Sequence record: MT446387.1
Strand: one strand, 5' to 3'
From: Escherichia phage TH09
Length of the DNA: 64,000 nucleotides
The notes beneath the pieces were generated by a model. That model was not told where the DNA came from. It did no database searches and saw nothing but the letters and a program-made list of their open reading frames with translations. Of this stretch, positions 1-9,744 are shown piece after piece; within the stretch, counting starts at the first letter, position 1, and every line of letters begins with the position of its first letter. Position numbers and translations under genes: made by a program.

Positions 1-1
1 T

Positions 2-229
2 GCGCTTTTGGTTGTTTTACTTATTATCGGTTCATTTGTTATTCCTGCACATTTGCATGAAAAATATAAAGATTATAAATGGAAAAAGGATTATGCTTTA
101 CACGTAGAAAATATTGATAGGGCGTATAAAGGTTTACCTCCTATTCAACCCAAGAAATCGGTTATCGTTGAATTTTTAAAAGCTCGTAAAGCTAAAGTAT
201 GTCCTGTTATTGAATATAAGGCTGAATGA
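2..229 (+). CDS. hypothetical protein, 5'-truncated at window edge
   Basis: Reading frame open from the first bases of the window; stop at 227-229. Confidence 0.35.
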   Translation, partial: ALLVVLLIIGSFVIPAHLHEKYKDYKWKKDYALHVENIDRAYKGLPPIQPKKSVIVEFLKARKAKVCPVIEYKAE

Positions 230-1239
230 TGAAAACAGTAATGAAAAGCTATTTTGGTAGTCATCTTTATGGAACTTCTACCCCAGAATCTGATGTAGAT
301 TTTAAAGAAATCTTTGTTCCTCCTGCTCGCGATATTCTTATCGGAAATGTCAAAGAGCACATGAGTAAAAACACTAACAACACATCATCTAAAAACACTA
401 AAGATGATATTGACCATGAACTATACAGTCTTAAATATTTCTTTAAATTAGCAGCAGATGGTGAAACTGTAGCGTTGGATATGCTTCACACTCCACCTGA
501 ACTAGTGGTTAAATCTGATTTGCCTGATGTGTGGAAGTTTATTCAAGACAACCGTTCTCGTTTTTATACGACTAACATGAAATCCTATTTAGGATATGTC
601 CGCAAGCAAGCTTCTAAATACGGTGTCAAGGGTTCTCGTTTGGCTGCATTACGTGATGTATTGAAAGTAGTTAATCAAATCCCCGAGCAATGGGTTGATT
701 ACCAAGAAGACGGTTCCATTAAGCAGCGTCGCACTAAAGTTGAAGATATTAAGCATCGTCTTCCAGAAAACGAATTCTGTGAATGGGTGTTCCATAATCA
801 TGAGAAAACAGGTCCACAAACGTTCTACACTGTATTGGGTCGTAAATATCAGACAACGCTTTCTCTTATTGAGCTTAAGCAGTCTTTGAATAAACTTGAT
901 GCTGAATACGGTGAACGTGCTCGTAAGGCCGAAGCCAATGAAGGCATTGATTGGAAAGCACTAAGTCATGCTTGTCGTGGTGGACTCCAACTATTGGAAA
1001 TTTACAAAACTGGTGACTTGGTTTATCCACTCAAAGATGCTCCATTTATTCTCGACGTGAAGTTGGGTAAACATCCATTTAAAACGGTTCAAGAGTTTTT
1101 GGAAGATGTGGTCGATCAAGTAGAAGCAGCATCTACTGAAGCTTCTAAGAACGGTATGCCTAAAACAGTAGACATGAGTTTCTGGGATGACTTCCTTGAG
1201 AAGGTCTATCTTGAAAACCACCGAAGTTATTATAAATGA
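226..1239 (+). CDS. nucleotidyltransferase-fold protein (Pol-beta superfamily motif), function unknown
   Basis: 337 aa; N-terminal FGSHLYGTSTPESDVDF matches the GS-x(9-13)-DxD NTase signature; terminator follows. Confidence 0.6.
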   Translation: MMKTVMKSYFGSHLYGTSTPESDVDFKEIFVPPARDILIGNVKEHMSKNTNNTSSKNTKDDIDHELYSLKYFFKLAADGETVALDMLHTPPELVVKSDLPDVWKFIQDNRSRFYTTNMKSYLGYVRKQASKYGVKGSRLAALRDVLKVVNQIPEQWVDYQEDGSIKQRRTKVEDIKHRLPENEFCEWVFHNHEKTGPQTFYTVLGRKYQTTLSLIELKQSLNKLDAEYGERARKAEANEGIDWKALSHACRGGLQLLEIYKTGDLVYPLKDAPFILDVKLGKHPFKTVQEFLEDVVDQVEAASTEASKNGMPKTVDMSFWDDFLEKVYLENHRSYYK

Positions 1240-1241
1240 TA

Positions 1242-1266
1242 GGGAGCCTTCGGGCTCCCTTTTTTA
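1242..1266 (+). terminator. rho-independent terminator
   Basis: GGGAGCC-ttcg-GGCTCCC hairpin followed by T-run. Confidence 0.6.
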
Positions 1267-1267
1267 T

Positions 1268-1325
1268 TTCAAAAATTTTTCACAAAACTGTTTACAAGCA
1301 TAAAGCTTTATGGTACTATACAACT
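1268..1325 (+). promoter_or_regulatory. T4-type early promoter
   Basis: AT-rich upstream element, GTTTACA (1290-1296), spacer, TGGTACTATA extended -10. Confidence 0.6.
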
Positions 1326-1357
1326 ATCAAAACAAATGAGTAAATTGGAGATACAAA

Positions 1358-1558
1358 ATGACTACTTTGAATAAACGTTTCGGTAAAGCTAAATCTGGGT
1401 GTGCAGCTGAACGTCGTTATGTTTTCGCTCAGTTAGAAGATGTAGAGTATCAGATTAATCAAGTTCACATTACTGGTATCGAGCCTATGTGTGGCCTTGA
1501 AGCTCTTCGTGAAGTTCGTGACGGGTATCGTCGTGCCATCGAAGAAATGTCAAAATAA
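1358..1558 (+). CDS. hypothetical protein
   Basis: 66 aa ORF with GGAG SD 8 nt upstream. Confidence 0.5.
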   Translation: MTTLNKRFGKAKSGCAAERRYVFAQLEDVEYQINQVHITGIEPMCGLEALREVRDGYRRAIEEMSK

Positions 1559-1615
1559 GTATACAAACTGATAGGACTATGTTATAGTAGTCCTATCAAA
1601 TCAAAGGAGAATAAA

Positions 1616-2584
1616 ATGAAAACTGTAACTATCAATAAGGGTATCTACTTCGGTAAAGAAATCTCTGGAACTTTTGAGCTCTTAGGTGAATGGTTCCCAG
1701 ATAATGCTCCGGTGGATGCACAAGGAGATGGTAAAGTTTTTGTTGAAATTGACGGTAAGCGTCGCGGTGTTTGGGTTTACAAATCAGACATTTCATATGA
1801 TGGTGTAAAAGTTGAAGAAGTTAAAGAATCATATGAAGATATGAAAACCCGCATTAATAAAAGATTTAATGTTATGGGAATGATGACGAATGGTATTATT
1901 AACGGAAACATTCGTTCATTAATTATCTCTGGTGCGGCAGGCATTGGTAAAACGTATTCTTTAGATAAAGCTTTAAATAAAGCAAATGATATTGGATACA
2001 TTGAATATAAAAGCATTAACGGTAAAATCTCTGGTATCGGTCTTTATGAACAGCTCTGGAATAATCGTGAAGAGAATTCTGTCCTTTTGATTGATGATGT
2101 GGATGTTTTCTCTGATATGGACATTCTTAATCTTTTGAAAGCTGCTCTGGACACTGGAGAGACCCGTAAAGTCTGCTGGAGCACTGCATCTTCTTACTTA
2201 GAAGAAAAAGGCATTGAGCGTGAGTTTGAATTTAAAGGAACGATTGTTTTTATCACAAACGTTGACATTGACCGCGAATTAGACCGTGGTACTAAACTTG
2301 CTCCACATTTACAAGCATTAGTTTCCCGCTCGGTTTATTTAGATTTGGGTGTTCACACTAATGAAGAAATTATGGTCAGGGTTGAAGATGTTATTCTTTC
2401 AACCGACATGATGCAAAAGCGTGGTCTTTCTGATGAAGAAACTTATAAAGCATTATCATGGATGAAAGTCAATGTTAATCGTTTACGCAATGTTTCACTG
2501 CGTACTGCTCTTTATCTTGCTGACTTTATTATGACCGACAAAAATGGTTGGGAAGAAATTGCTGAGGTTACTCTTCTGAAATAA
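1616..2584 (+). CDS. AAA+/P-loop ATPase, function unknown
   Basis: 322 aa; Walker A GAAGIGKT, Walker B LLIDDVD, sensor-1-like FITN; AAGGAG SD. Confidence 0.65.
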   Translation: MKTVTINKGIYFGKEISGTFELLGEWFPDNAPVDAQGDGKVFVEIDGKRRGVWVYKSDISYDGVKVEEVKESYEDMKTRINKRFNVMGMMTNGIINGNIRSLIISGAAGIGKTYSLDKALNKANDIGYIEYKSINGKISGIGLYEQLWNNREENSVLLIDDVDVFSDMDILNLLKAALDTGETRKVCWSTASSYLEEKGIEREFEFKGTIVFITNVDIDRELDRGTKLAPHLQALVSRSVYLDLGVHTNEEIMVRVEDVILSTDMMQKRGLSDEETYKALSWMKVNVNRLRNVSLRTALYLADFIMTDKNGWEEIAEVTLLK

Positions 2585-2685
2585 TTCATAAGAGGCCTTC
2601 TATGACAAAAAGGCAGTTCAGAAATAGATTATATGGACTGCCATTAAAAAGATGACTAGAATTAAACTGGTAAATGGAGGTAGTG

Positions 2686-2988
2686 ATGTTATACTCAAAG
2701 GCTCGTGAAATTTACGAAACTAAAATTAAAGAAGCAGTATTTCAGTTCGCAACAACGATGCGATGGACAAATGATTGGGAATACTCCAAGAATCATAAGA
2801 AGCCCTTGGTGACAAGAAAGGCTCATATGTTAGTGTTAATAGACCGTGAGCAGATTAAAGCCCGAGAAGCCCTCCAGAATCATAAAAAGGCTGCCTTTGA
2901 ATGGTTTATGGATAACACTGCTCCTGAGACTAAGAAAGCAGTGAGTGCGTGGTTCAGTGGAAAAAATTGTGAAAGAAGTTTCTTTTAG
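2686..2988 (+). CDS. hypothetical protein
   Basis: Track ORF 2674-2988; GGAGG SD favours ATG at 2686. Confidence 0.45.
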   Translation: MLYSKAREIYETKIKEAVFQFATTMRWTNDWEYSKNHKKPLVTRKAHMLVLIDREQIKAREALQNHKKAAFEWFMDNTAPETKKAVSAWFSGKNCERSFF

Positions 2989-3030
2989 TTGTTTACAATA
3001 CCGTTCCTCTGTGGTACTATACAACTATCA
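2975..3030 (+). promoter_or_regulatory. T4-type early promoter
   Basis: GTTTACA 2991-2997, TGGTACTAT -10 region; near-identical to cassette at 56060-56112. Confidence 0.6.
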
Positions 3031-3048
3031 ACTACGGAGGAACACAAA

Positions 3049-3576
3049 ATGAACGCTAAAGATATTTTCAACCTGGTAAATTACAACGATGGTAAATTTA
3101 AATCAGAAGCACAAAGCAAGTTCTTTAATGACATCTCAATTGGAGGTGAAATCACTGTTGATGGAGGACAAATTTACAAATCCCGTTGGAATTGGATCGT
3201 TATTATTGACGAGATCGGTATTGTAGAAATTTACAAGAATACGAATAAAAATCGTACATTACACTGGTCTCGTGATACTAACGAACAGTACAAAAAGGAT
3301 AAAGCATCTAAATTATCTCGTGTAACTCAAGAAGATATTGAGTTCATCAAGAAAGATATTTTGATGTATGATAACTTAATTGCTGAAGAGCAAGCTGTTA
3401 TTGATAAATTTGACGAGATTAAAGCTTCTCGTGAAATTCCTGATTTTATGAAAGAATCAGTAAATGAACGATACAATCTCATTTCAGAGCGTATTGAAAC
3501 TTACAAAAAGCAAAGAGCTGAACGCCAGAACACTCTTCGGAAGTTTGAAGAACGGTTAAAGACGGTACTCGCATAA
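3049..3576 (+). CDS. hypothetical protein with C-terminal coiled coil
   Basis: Track ORF starts inside promoter; ACGGAGG SD places start at 3049; heptad-like C-terminus. Confidence 0.55.
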   Translation: MNAKDIFNLVNYNDGKFKSEAQSKFFNDISIGGEITVDGGQIYKSRWNWIVIIDEIGIVEIYKNTNKNRTLHWSRDTNEQYKKDKASKLSRVTQEDIEFIKKDILMYDNLIAEEQAVIDKFDEIKASREIPDFMKESVNERYNLISERIETYKKQRAERQNTLRKFEERLKTVLA

Positions 3577-3631
3577 CCGCTTTATACCAAGGATGGTATA
3601 ATGGTTCTAAGCCCTTTTAATTGAGATTATT

Positions 3632-4039
3632 ATGAAACAGTTGATAATTAAAAGATTGAATTTATTGATATGTTGTTTATGTATAGCAATTGCATATGGT
3701 TATTATGCTATTAATGATTATATGCATTATAAAGATTATGATGTTACTGTAGTTAATACCTTTACAGGAACTCAAGGAAAGGGGTCTAGTTTATCGTTTA
3801 TTGCCGTATATGAACTAAATGACGGTTATAGATTTAGCGAATATATTTCACCGGAGATGTATTCTTCAATAGAAAAAGGTGATAATATTACTGTAAGTTT
3901 ACGTCCTTTCGACGTAAAACAGACATTGTTTGATAATATTGTTTGGTTCTTTGGAATGGTATTAGTTCAATCTGTGTGTGGTGCTTATATAGTCTGTTCC
4001 ATCTTATTCTGTATATTTAGTAAAATTGAAATTGAGTGA
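3632..4039 (+). CDS. hypothetical membrane protein
   Basis: 135 aa; hydrophobic N- and C-terminal segments. Confidence 0.5.
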   Translation: MKQLIIKRLNLLICCLCIAIAYGYYAINDYMHYKDYDVTVVNTFTGTQGKGSSLSFIAVYELNDGYRFSEYISPEMYSSIEKGDNITVSLRPFDVKQTLFDNIVWFFGMVLVQSVCGAYIVCSILFCIFSKIEIE

Positions 4040-4046
4040 GGAAAAT

Positions 4047-4934
4047 ATGTCAGTAGTAATTAATAATGTCAATGCAGTAATTAAATCTTTAGTTAATAAA
4101 AAATTGAATGAATGGACTGTACTTCGTCGTGGAGAGCCAGATAAATTTTTTCATAGATTTAACCCAACTTTGGATTTGAATGTTATTGACAGAGATGTTC
4201 ATGCAGAAATTTTAGATAAGTTTAAAGTTGATATTGGATTTGGATTAGAAAAACATTTACAGCGAACAAACGGATCTGGAATGAGTTTATCTAATCGCAT
4301 TATGAAAGCACTTAATAAAATTGGAGCATTGTCTCGTATTAACGCGAGTGAAATCCTTCGCAATTATAATAAAGGATACGACCTTTATGGTCGACTAATG
4401 CCGAAATTATCATTTGACCAAATGATTGCGGATTTGTGGGAAAATCAACGACGATTATTAGCATTAGGCGCTCGATTAGCTAAAGGTCTAGATAAACAAA
4501 TGATTTTTAAGACCAATAATACAGAAGACCTTAAATGCTTTAAATTTAGTATTCGCGGAGATGATTATTACATCAGAGCTCGCTCTACAGATTATGTTAA
4601 TATGGGGCATCATCTCTGTTTAGCTTTTGAAGTTTTAAAAGAAGTCGGAACATTAGAATATTCATCTGGTGCAAAATGTCCAATTGGTTCAAGTTGTATT
4701 TTAATTTATCGCCCGGATGAATCCAGTTCAACTAAATTGCCTACAAAACCTGTACCAGTTCGTAGTAACGAAAAACATTCTGAACAAATTGATTATTTTA
4801 ATAAGCAAATTGAAGAGCTGAATATTTCTATTCAACAGTATGACGATGAAATTTTCAGACTATCTGGATTGAGTAGTAAAGCTAAATCTGAGCGTGAAAA
4901 ATTAATTAAAATTGTTGATTTACTTAAATCTTAA
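4047..4934 (+). CDS. hypothetical protein with C-terminal coiled coil
   Basis: GAGGAAA SD before ATG 4047; C-terminal 45 aa heptad-like. Confidence 0.6.
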   Translation: MSVVINNVNAVIKSLVNKKLNEWTVLRRGEPDKFFHRFNPTLDLNVIDRDVHAEILDKFKVDIGFGLEKHLQRTNGSGMSLSNRIMKALNKIGALSRINASEILRNYNKGYDLYGRLMPKLSFDQMIADLWENQRRLLALGARLAKGLDKQMIFKTNNTEDLKCFKFSIRGDDYYIRARSTDYVNMGHHLCLAFEVLKEVGTLEYSSGAKCPIGSSCILIYRPDESSSTKLPTKPVPVRSNEKHSEQIDYFNKQIEELNISIQQYDDEIFRLSGLSSKAKSEREKLIKIVDLLKS

Positions 4935-4942
4935 GGAACACT

Positions 4943-5968
4943 ATGAAAACTCGTTCTCAAATTGAAGATATGGTTCGTAATGCCAGCTATACTCGTGATG
5001 TTATGACATTTTTGTGCCAAAATAATTTAGACCCTGATAAAGTTAATCGTGATATTCACTTTAAGTATATGAATAGCAGTGAATGGTTACGTCATTTTGA
5101 TAAAGCTGGATATATTACACAAATGACTGCTCGTGAGCAGCTCACCGATTTCTGTAAAACTATTGATTATAAAAATCCTCTATTTGTTCAAGGCGTCGGT
5201 CAGAGTAAGGTTGATTTATCAACAGGATTTTTTAATCCAAATCATTATCGTCTTGAATGGAGATTTATTGCTCTATTCCGTAAACAATTAAAGCAAATTT
5301 TGTCTACTGCTAGTCGATTAAAAGGCTCTGATATTAACTTAAAGAATTTGAAATTTGATGGTTATACTCTTCAGATGGAAGTAAGACCGTTAAAAGAAAA
5401 TAATAGAACTGCACGAATTAGCTTTAAACCTAATACAAAAAATTCTCTTTCAATTTGTGAATGTCTTAAATCACAGTTGACAGAAGCATTTAAGTATATG
5501 GATGTTGTTGCTGCTGTTCAATCTAAGATTTTACCTCGTTTTGAACGATTTAAATTAGACACAACAACATATGAACTTGATATGGTTGTTTCATTTAAAT
5601 ATGATTTTTTGAGAAAGGACGAAGTCCCGCAAGAGAAAAAGCAGGAAGTACAAGATAACTTAAATTTAAATTTATCCAATTACTTATCAAACGATCCTAA
5701 ATTTTGGATGTATAGTTCAGGTAATAAAGATGCATGGAAATTTAATAAAGTGAATTTTCTTCCTATTGAAAATCCGAGTCTTAAACCTGTTGAAAAATGG
5801 CATGCAGATGCGATTGAGAAGTCTATCAAGGCAGTAGATGATGAACTCGTTAAAGCAACTAATGAAGTGCTAGAAGCTGAAAAGATGTTGGAAAAAGCTC
5901 AAGAAAAAGTCAAAAATCTTACGAAGCAACGTTCTAAACTGAACAATGCACTAAATGCACTGAACTAG
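4943..5968 (+). CDS. hypothetical protein with C-terminal coiled coil
   Basis: 341 aa; AAGGAA SD; coiled-coil tail. Confidence 0.6.
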   Translation: MKTRSQIEDMVRNASYTRDVMTFLCQNNLDPDKVNRDIHFKYMNSSEWLRHFDKAGYITQMTAREQLTDFCKTIDYKNPLFVQGVGQSKVDLSTGFFNPNHYRLEWRFIALFRKQLKQILSTASRLKGSDINLKNLKFDGYTLQMEVRPLKENNRTARISFKPNTKNSLSICECLKSQLTEAFKYMDVVAAVQSKILPRFERFKLDTTTYELDMVVSFKYDFLRKDEVPQEKKQEVQDNLNLNLSNYLSNDPKFWMYSSGNKDAWKFNKVNFLPIENPSLKPVEKWHADAIEKSIKAVDDELVKATNEVLEAEKMLEKAQEKVKNLTKQRSKLNNALNALN

Positions 5969-6000
5969 TTTACTTTGCCACAAGGATGTGGTATAATGTT
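5960..6000 (+). promoter_or_regulatory. T4-type early promoter
   Basis: GTTTACT 5968-5974, TGTGGTATAAT 5987-5997. Confidence 0.6.
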
Positions 6001-6025
6001 CTTACTTTCTACTGAGGAGATTAAT

Positions 6026-7027
6026 ATGACTCGTAACGAATATATCAAATCATTCAATAGCGTTATTGATGATAAAGCTATACCGATGTTTGGTCAAAAT
6101 ATCGTTCTTTCTATTATCAATCAATGGCTCAATAGTGTTGATGCAAGTATTGTTTCTTCTACTAAATTTATTCATGAAATTCGTAAAATTTCTAGCCGTG
6201 TAGATAAAGATGTTATCAAGAAAACTTTTAAAGAGTCTCGTCTTCTTTCATATTTGGTTAATCGGGATATTCTTGGTAATTTTGGGAAAGAAATTAAACG
6301 AACCAAAGATGTAGTAGGATATAATTGGTTCGGTGATGTTAATTCTTATCATCTTAATAATAAAGAAGACCCTGAGAATATTTTTACTCGTCGTTGGATT
6401 AGTAATTTCAGACTTTTCAAAGGACAAATTCTAAAATCAGCTTCTAAATTATGTTATGGCGATTATCGTCAAATTCATCCTTTGGCTTCTGATATGATTA
6501 TCGTAAAAGAATATGAGCTTGATGAAAATAAAGTAGCTATTTTTGTGAATTATGGATTTTTTACACCAAACGCTAACCAAAAGAATATTAATAAATTTTT
6601 CTCAATTGCTAGCACTATAACTCGTCAGTTAGAGACTGCATTACTTTGTATGGAAACAGTAGAAAATATTCATACATATCCTTTTAAGAATATATGCGGA
6701 TGGGAAGGATATAAAATTGTAATTAGTCTTCGTGAAGTGAAATGTGCTTATTCACTGACTGATAAAGAAATTTACCAACAAAAATGTGATGAAATTGTGA
6801 ATACTCCTAAAGAAGAAACTACCCTTGAGGAATTAATGGAATGTCTTGACGATTCACCTGAATCGGTAGAAATTCGTCCAGAAGTTATTGCACTAGAAAA
6901 AGCTTATAAAGAAGTTCTAGAAATTTCTAATAAAGCGCAGAAAGAATATGAGCAGGCTAAAAAGATTTGGGAAGAATCTGTCAATCGCTTGGATCGTCTT
7001 GAACAAGCTTTACAGTTAATTAAGTAA
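6026..7027 (+). CDS. hypothetical protein with C-terminal coiled coil
   Basis: Track ORF 5975 overlaps promoter; GAGGAG SD places start at 6026. Confidence 0.6.
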   Translation: MTRNEYIKSFNSVIDDKAIPMFGQNIVLSIINQWLNSVDASIVSSTKFIHEIRKISSRVDKDVIKKTFKESRLLSYLVNRDILGNFGKEIKRTKDVVGYNWFGDVNSYHLNNKEDPENIFTRRWISNFRLFKGQILKSASKLCYGDYRQIHPLASDMIIVKEYELDENKVAIFVNYGFFTPNANQKNINKFFSIASTITRQLETALLCMETVENIHTYPFKNICGWEGYKIVISLREVKCAYSLTDKEIYQQKCDEIVNTPKEETTLEELMECLDDSPESVEIRPEVIALEKAYKEVLEISNKAQKEYEQAKKIWEESVNRLDRLEQALQLIK

Positions 7028-7079
7028 TTTAAAGCCAAGGATGGCTCGGAGCATAAATCATTAACCAAGTGAGAAGAAC

Positions 7080-8009
7080 ATGAAAACTCGTAAACATTAC
7101 ATTGATTATTTTGACAGTCTTATTACTAAACATCGTAATTATCAGATCGGACACAGAGCAGTAATCAATAATATTCTTCGTGATTTCCTTCAATATGTTG
7201 GCCAGGAAAATCATATCTGTAAAGATACTCAAAACGCTTATTCTCATTCGTTAGGTAATTTGCTTGAATGGTTTAAACGTTCTCGTATGTTATCTTCTAC
7301 TGTAGCTCACGATAACATTAAAAACTTTATGAAGCCGAGCTTTATTAAATCTGAGACATCTATAACCGATTTGGTTGAATTTACTATTGTTAACGATGTT
7401 AAAAAGACTCATTTGGCTGATTGGTTATCTACCATTCCTGAAACTAAATTTGCTGATAAATTTGCTTGTCAATTCAATGACCAAGTGAATATGCTTTTTA
7501 AGCATGCTCGCAAACTGTTTACCGCGGGTGATGACCGTACAAATACAGTTCATGTTAAGGACTGGGTTATTGCTGATGAAGTAACACACAAGCCAGGTGG
7601 TTCATCAGTATTAATTAATATCCAGGTTCCTTATTATTACTCACGTAATCTCGGCACCATGACAGCTAAAGAAATTAATAAGCACAACAAAACTATTCGT
7701 TCGTTGTCTTATAAACTCCGCATGATGTTAAAAATTATGGACGTAGTGGAAATGTATGACGAAACCGAAGATAATGGTTCAATGTTATACAGTTCACGCA
7801 TTCTAATTAAACTGAAGAACCCTAATACATATAAGACAGTTGTAAAAGAGCCTAAAGTAGAAAAGGTTGATAATCTGAGTGAAGAACGTGAATATCTCAA
7901 TGCCCGTTTGATTGAAGTTGAAGCCCAAATTGCAGAACACACCAAATTGTTAAAAGCTCTTAATGCAAAAGCAAATGGTTTACGTAATGCTATTGAGGTA
8001 TTGAAATGA
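7080..8009 (+). CDS. hypothetical protein with C-terminal coiled coil
   Basis: 309 aa; coiled-coil tail. Confidence 0.6.
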   Translation: MKTRKHYIDYFDSLITKHRNYQIGHRAVINNILRDFLQYVGQENHICKDTQNAYSHSLGNLLEWFKRSRMLSSTVAHDNIKNFMKPSFIKSETSITDLVEFTIVNDVKKTHLADWLSTIPETKFADKFACQFNDQVNMLFKHARKLFTAGDDRTNTVHVKDWVIADEVTHKPGGSSVLINIQVPYYYSRNLGTMTAKEINKHNKTIRSLSYKLRMMLKIMDVVEMYDETEDNGSMLYSSRILIKLKNPNTYKTVVKEPKVEKVDNLSEEREYLNARLIEVEAQIAEHTKLLKALNAKANGLRNAIEVLK

Positions 8010-8395
8010 AAAAGCGTTTATTAGAAGACATTGCAGCTTCAAGTAATTCCAGTTTAATTAAAATTATTATGGCTGGTGAGGAAGATGATATGGAAATGCG
8101 TGGAAAGATTCACGGCTGCGACGATTTAGATTTTAAACCTCCAGCATGGGATGCTATTATGGTTATGGTTGAACGACGTGAAAGAGCTTCTAAAAACGTT
8201 CCTAATTGCCCTGAATGCGGTACTGAACAAGTTCAATTGATTAACTGGCGTAAACCAGAGCTTGAATATAAATGCCGTCAATGTAAACATAAATTCAGTA
8301 AGCATGCTCCGGAAATGGTTAAATTGCCTGACTCTACTGAGTTCTTTAAAGAACTTGTGAGTGTTCAACCAATGCCTAATAATATTTTGGATTAA
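8006..8395 (+). CDS. zinc-ribbon protein
   Basis: 129 aa; CPECG...CRQC motif; ATGA overlap with upstream stop. Confidence 0.55.
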   Translation: MKKRLLEDIAASSNSSLIKIIMAGEEDDMEMRGKIHGCDDLDFKPPAWDAIMVMVERRERASKNVPNCPECGTEQVQLINWRKPELEYKCRQCKHKFSKHAPEMVKLPDSTEFFKELVSVQPMPNNILD

Positions 8396-8397
8396 AA

Positions 8398-8640
8398 ATG
8401 ACCAAGCGTAAAGAATATATGGAGACTGCTGAAAAGGCAGTCCGTGAATTAGCAATAGCTTATTATAATGAACACGGTAAATTTCCTGATAGATGCAGCG
8501 TGCTTAAATCTGCTTTAACTCGTTCATACAAAAATATGCTATCAGAAGTAAGTGATATTATATACAAACATAAAGAACAAACAGGCCAAAGTCTTGATTA
8601 CGATGAGACTTTTAAACAAGTACTAGGAATTAAGGAATAA
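8398..8640 (+). CDS. hypothetical protein
   Basis: 80 aa ORF packed between neighbours. Confidence 0.5.
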   Translation: MTKRKEYMETAEKAVRELAIAYYNEHGKFPDRCSVLKSALTRSYKNMLSEVSDIIYKHKEQTGQSLDYDETFKQVLGIKE

Positions 8641-8641
8641 T

Positions 8642-8905
8642 ATGTTTAAAGTATATGGTTATGATAGCAACATCCATAAATGTGTGTATTGTGATAATGC
8701 AAAGCGTCTTTTGACCGTGAAGAAACAGCCGTTTGAATTTATCAACATTATGCCGGAAAAAGGTGTTTTTGATGATGAGAAAATCGCTGAGCTTCTGACT
8801 AAACTAGGTCGTGATACTCAAATCGGCTTGACAATGCCCCAGGTATTTGCTCCTGATGGAAGTCATATTGGTGGATTTGACCAACTGCGAGAATATTTTA
8901 AATGA
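8642..8905 (+). CDS. nrdC: thioredoxin NrdC
   Basis: 87 aa; recognised as T4 NrdC; CVYC active site. Confidence 0.9.
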   Translation: MFKVYGYDSNIHKCVYCDNAKRLLTVKKQPFEFINIMPEKGVFDDEKIAELLTKLGRDTQIGLTMPQVFAPDGSHIGGFDQLREYFK

Positions 8906-9117
8906 TGCTCGAAGGAACTGACTATATTCATGATTACCGCGGAAGCGCGGTATATGTAGGTGATGAAGTTGCAGTTTATTATGGGTATGGAACTTTGATG
9001 ACAGCCAAGGTTATTCAAATTAAAAATAACCGTGCTAAACTTGAAGTTTATTATTCTAATGGCGAAAAGTCTATTTCTAAGTGGAAATATGGCGATTGTA
9101 TGGTTAAACTGGGGTAA
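8902..9117 (+). CDS. hypothetical protein
   Basis: 71 aa; start overlaps nrdC stop. Confidence 0.5.
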   Translation: MMLEGTDYIHDYRGSAVYVGDEVAVYYGYGTLMTAKVIQIKNNRAKLEVYYSNGEKSISKWKYGDCMVKLG

Positions 9118-9119
9118 AT

Positions 9120-9290
9120 ATGATTTACGATATTAGTGTATCAAGAACTCCGTCAATGGTTACTATTCCAGCCGAAGAACTAGATCGTCTTCAGAAAATT
9201 GAAGAACTTCTTTGGGAAATTGAATGTGACCTGCCATCGGGGCTAGAATCCTGGATTGATGATGAAGAACTTAATAAATTGCGAAATTAA
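9120..9290 (+). CDS. small acidic hypothetical protein
   Basis: 56-codon ORF below track cutoff; ATG 3 nt after upstream stop. Confidence 0.3.
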   Translation: MIYDISVSRTPSMVTIPAEELDRLQKIEELLWEIECDLPSGLESWIDDEELNKLRN

Positions 9291-9300
9291 TTGGTGAAAA

Positions 9301-9621
9301 ATGACTATTGAAAATAAATTAGATGTTGATGCAGTTCTGAGCGAAATCATTGAAGACCATGATGCATTTTCGGAAAACTATGATTTCGATTTTTCCGATT
9401 ATCTTAAACCTGTCGAAATAGAAGACTGGGTGCAAGATGGTAAATGTCAATATCGTCAGTGTGTTTACTTTAGTCCAAAACATAATGTACATGTGGCTGT
9501 AAATGAATCTCGGTCAGGTTCTTATCATTCTGACTGGTATTATGCAGTTCCGACTGTTGAACTAGTCGAGCCCCATGAACGTGTAGTAACTCAGACAGTA
9601 CGAGAATGGATTACGCTATAA
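9301..9621 (+). CDS. hypothetical protein
   Basis: 106 aa ORF. Confidence 0.5.
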   Translation: MTIENKLDVDAVLSEIIEDHDAFSENYDFDFSDYLKPVEIEDWVQDGKCQYRQCVYFSPKHNVHVAVNESRSGSYHSDWYYAVPTVELVEPHERVVTQTVREWITL

Positions 9622-9744
9622 AACCTTGGTGGGCGGCTAGATGGGAAACTGTAGAGCCAGAGCCGGAAGAACCGGTTTACACTGATGAAGAAACAGTATA
9701 TAATGAACCAACGATAAATGACTTAATTGATATGGAGATGGGAC

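Noticed and set aside
5975-6025. N-terminal extensions of track ORFs (5975, 2989, 36752, 55315, 55998, 45382, 46409)
   Set aside because: The extended starts run through promoter -35/-10 elements and precede the SD; the downstream ATG next to the SD is the likely start.
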